A stretch of 64,000 bases of DNA from Mustelus asterias. Its lineage: Eukaryota. A program made the translations under genes and the position numbers. Below are positions 61,388 through 64,000 of the stretch, one piece after another. The notes under the pieces were generated by a model. The model was not told where the DNA came from. It did not search any database and saw nothing but the letters and a program-made list of their open reading frames with translations. Each line of letters starts with the position of its first letter. Position 1 is the stretch's first letter. The stretch spans positions 32,736,001-32,800,000 of the forward strand of contig NC_135809.1 of assembly GCF_964213995.1 (NCBI RefSeq), read 5' to 3'.

Positions 61388-61588
61388 TTATTTTGAAGCA
61401 CTCTAAATATTTGCTTTCTCCTAGTTCTGTTTTGTTTCTACCAGAGTAGATTTTGTTTTGAAGAACAACCTGTATGTGGAAAGCAAGAGCATTAGATTTT
61501 TGAAAATGTGTTTGTTTATAGAATCCATAGCTTAGTTGTTGTAAAGGGCAGACTGATAGTGTAACAAGTTTCCTGTGTTTGTCTTTAG

Positions 61589-61687
61589 TATACAACTTTT
61601 CACACCGAATAGATCATTACTCATTTGGAGAACCAATTCCGGGACTTATCAATCCACTGGATGGAACAGAAAAAATTGCCATAGATC
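61589..61687 (+). CDS. ERGIC2: ERGIC2 coding exon 9 (gene continues beyond window)
   Basis: VYNFSHRIDHYSFGEPIPGLINPLDGTEKIAID; 99 nt; donor C|GTGAGT. Cumulative CDS 727 nt with no stop. Confidence 0.96.
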
Positions 61688-63049
61688 GTGAGTTTCTTTA
61701 ATTCTTGTTTAAAACTAACATATTATTTATACGTTGTGTGTAAGAAGCAAGTGGAGGAAGTCTTCCATCCATTTTATTAGTTTGTGTGCTCCCCACTACC
61801 CTGTCTCTTTCTCAGCTGCTTGTGGTTTCACCGCTCACTTACTTCGCCATGATTCCAACTGAGAAATTCAAGTCAATGGTTTAATTGAGAACTCGCAGTT
61901 CGAATGTACATCTTGCCTTTCTGTGTGACATGTTCTTGCACTGATTTGATGAGAACGTTGTACTTTTATGAAGTTGGGAAGCTGAAAGTAGAAACTACTC
62001 CTTAAATGTGGTACCAGGGAAGATGGTAACAGCCCATTGACCTTGAATAAAGAGGAACAGGATGTTACAAGATGGCCGAGAAATATTCAGTTACTTGTGA
62101 TATTTTAGTATCTCCATTTGGTGCATGTGCACAGAGTAATCTGCATTTATAAAAAAAATATTATTTTGGAAAGAAAGACTAAAATATTACTTGAATCTTT
62201 TAATTGCACTTTTGTGTCATGGTGGTGGAAGATTTTTCAAACAAATACGTTTGAAATGTGTTACGCGAAAGGACTCTTACTATAAGTGGAAGCTACGAAA
62301 AGTTCACTTCCATGCAAGGAAAAGGCTATTTTACATTCCGATCTTACATATTATCTTAGTTTCCTGAATTTCTTCTCCTTTTATCCTTCTTCCTGCCAAC
62401 TGTTTTTTATTACATGTGCCCAAATAAGACATTCAAAACTGATCATCGCGTTGTCTGTGGAATAAATTATCAGAACTATTATGAGAACATCAATTAAAGT
62501 GCAAGAAATTGAACCTTGCAACACTGATGTTTTCATTGACATGCAGATCATATGGATTCAAAATCTGATCATGTACAAAATACCTCACTTTTCTCCATTT
62601 ACACATTTTAGAACATTTAATGCAAATTCATGTATACAAATCCACTTAAATAGTAGAGAAAAATGTCAATGACAAATGTTCCACATCATATGAATTCCTG
62701 CATTTACAGGGAATGAGACTTACAGATATAGGAAGAAGGTACAGTGCGTCCTCATTTAATGTTGTGGTCACATTCCTGAAAATAACGTTAAGTGAATGAT
62801 GGGTTCCCACAGGAATCAGTTAGGTTCATTTGGGAATTTTGTGCTGGGAAAAACCAGTGTTCGGGTACTGTACCGTATATGTGCAGCACTGCACATTCCT
62901 GGCTGGAATATATTGCAGAATAAGATAAATCACAATACAACAAAAATACTCTATACATTGAAATTAGGTAACACTAAATCACCTATCAAGCCCCAAGGAG
63001 TACAGCTTCTGTCTCACAACACTCGTAAAATGTGTTCCCTGCTTTCCTT

Positions 63050-64000
63050 CCCCACTCTGTCTCCCTCTTCCTCTCTCTCTCCATACCTTCTTATTCCCTC
63101 TCGATCTCTTATCCCATTTGTGCTCCCCGATCTGTCTCTCTCTCTCTCTCTCTCTCGTCTTCCCCCCCCCTCGCCTTTCCCCCTCCCTCTCTTGCCTTTC
63201 CCCCTCTCTTGCCTTTTCCACTCTCTCTCTCGCCTTTTCCACTCACTCTCTCTCTCTCGTCTTTTCCTATCACTCTCTCTCTTTTGTCTTTTCCACTCTC
63301 GTCTTTTCCACTCTCTCTCGCCTTTTCCACTCTCTCTCTCTCGCCTTTTCCACTCTCTGTCTCTCGTCTTTTCCAATCACTCTCTCTCTTTTGCCTTTTC
63401 CACTCTCTCTCTCTCTCCCTCGCCTTTTCCACTCTCTCGTCTTTTCCACTCTCTCTCTCTCGCGTTTTCCACTCTCTCTCTCGTCTTTTCCAATCACTCT
63501 CTCTCTTTTGCCTTTTCCACTCTCTCTCTCTCTCTCTCTCTCCCTTTTCCACTCACTCTCTCTCTCTCTCCCTCGCCTTTTCCACTCTCTCGTCTTTTCC
63601 ACTCTCTCTCTCTCTCTCTCTCGCCTTTTCCACTCTCTCTCTCGCTCGTCTTTTCCAATCACTCTCTCTCTTTTGCCTTTTCCACTCTCTCTCTCTCTCT
63701 CTCGCCTTTTCCACTCTCTCTCTCTCTCGCCTTTTCCACTCTCTCTCTCTCTCTCTCGCCTTTTCCACTCTCTCTCTCTCGCCTTTTCCACTCATTCTCT
63801 CTCTCTCTCCTTCTCGCCTTTTCCACTCACTCTCTCTCGCCTTTTCCATTCACTTTCTCTCTCTCTCTCGCCTTTTCCACTCTCTCTCTCTCGCCTGTTC
63901 CAATCTCTCTCTCTCTCTCGCCTTTTCCACTCTCTCTCGCCTTTCCCACTCACTCTCCCTCTCGCCTTTCCCATTACCTTCCACACTCCCCCCTCGCCCT
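63050..64000. repeat. Pyrimidine-rich compound microsatellite (CT)n-CGCCTTTTCCA
   Basis: Dozens of variable-length units; explains the R/E/K/W low-complexity minus-strand ORFs; runs off the window end. Confidence 0.95.

Noticed and set aside
62740-62872. Tiny TA-CAGT...ACTG-TA bounded Tigger-like MITE
   Set aside because: Inverted match too short to separate from chance without a library search.
62979-63986. R/E/K/W-rich ORFs up to 173 aa
   Set aside because: Translation artefacts of the CT-rich microsatellite.
1-64000. CRISPR arrays, operons or prokaryotic defence systems
   Set aside because: Sequence is spliced vertebrate DNA; no constant-repeat/unique-spacer array is present.

Overview
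Vertebrate genomic DNA, almost certainly from a shark (HE1/V-SINE, SacSINE1-like, CR1, L2, Rex1, RTE and Penelope-like repeats). It holds three recognisable spliced genes. DNAJB9 (- strand, complete, 218 aa) and THAP5 (+ strand, complete, 277 aa) are head-to-head on a roughly 220-bp CpG-rich bidirectional promoter with an XBP1/UPRE-like site. The 5' part of ERGIC2 (+ strand) has its promoter near 27.65 kb and nine coding exons (727 nt CDS), and continues past the window. Most other ORFs in the track are transposon debris or low-complexity artefacts. The signals most worth checking are: (i) Penelope-type inverted mini-insertions, one keeping an intact minimal type-I hammerhead ribozyme core in THAP5 intron 1 and one forming a 56-bp near-perfect hairpin; (ii) a speculative, unrecognised 3-exon 145-aa minus-strand gene model between THAP5 and ERGIC2; (iii) an overlapping uORF across the ERGIC2 start; (iv) THAP5-ERGIC2 adjacency with no PNPLA8; (v) multi-level nested transposon insertions. 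Repeat family names and human comparisons are from recognition or memory, not database searches, and repeat boundaries are approximate.
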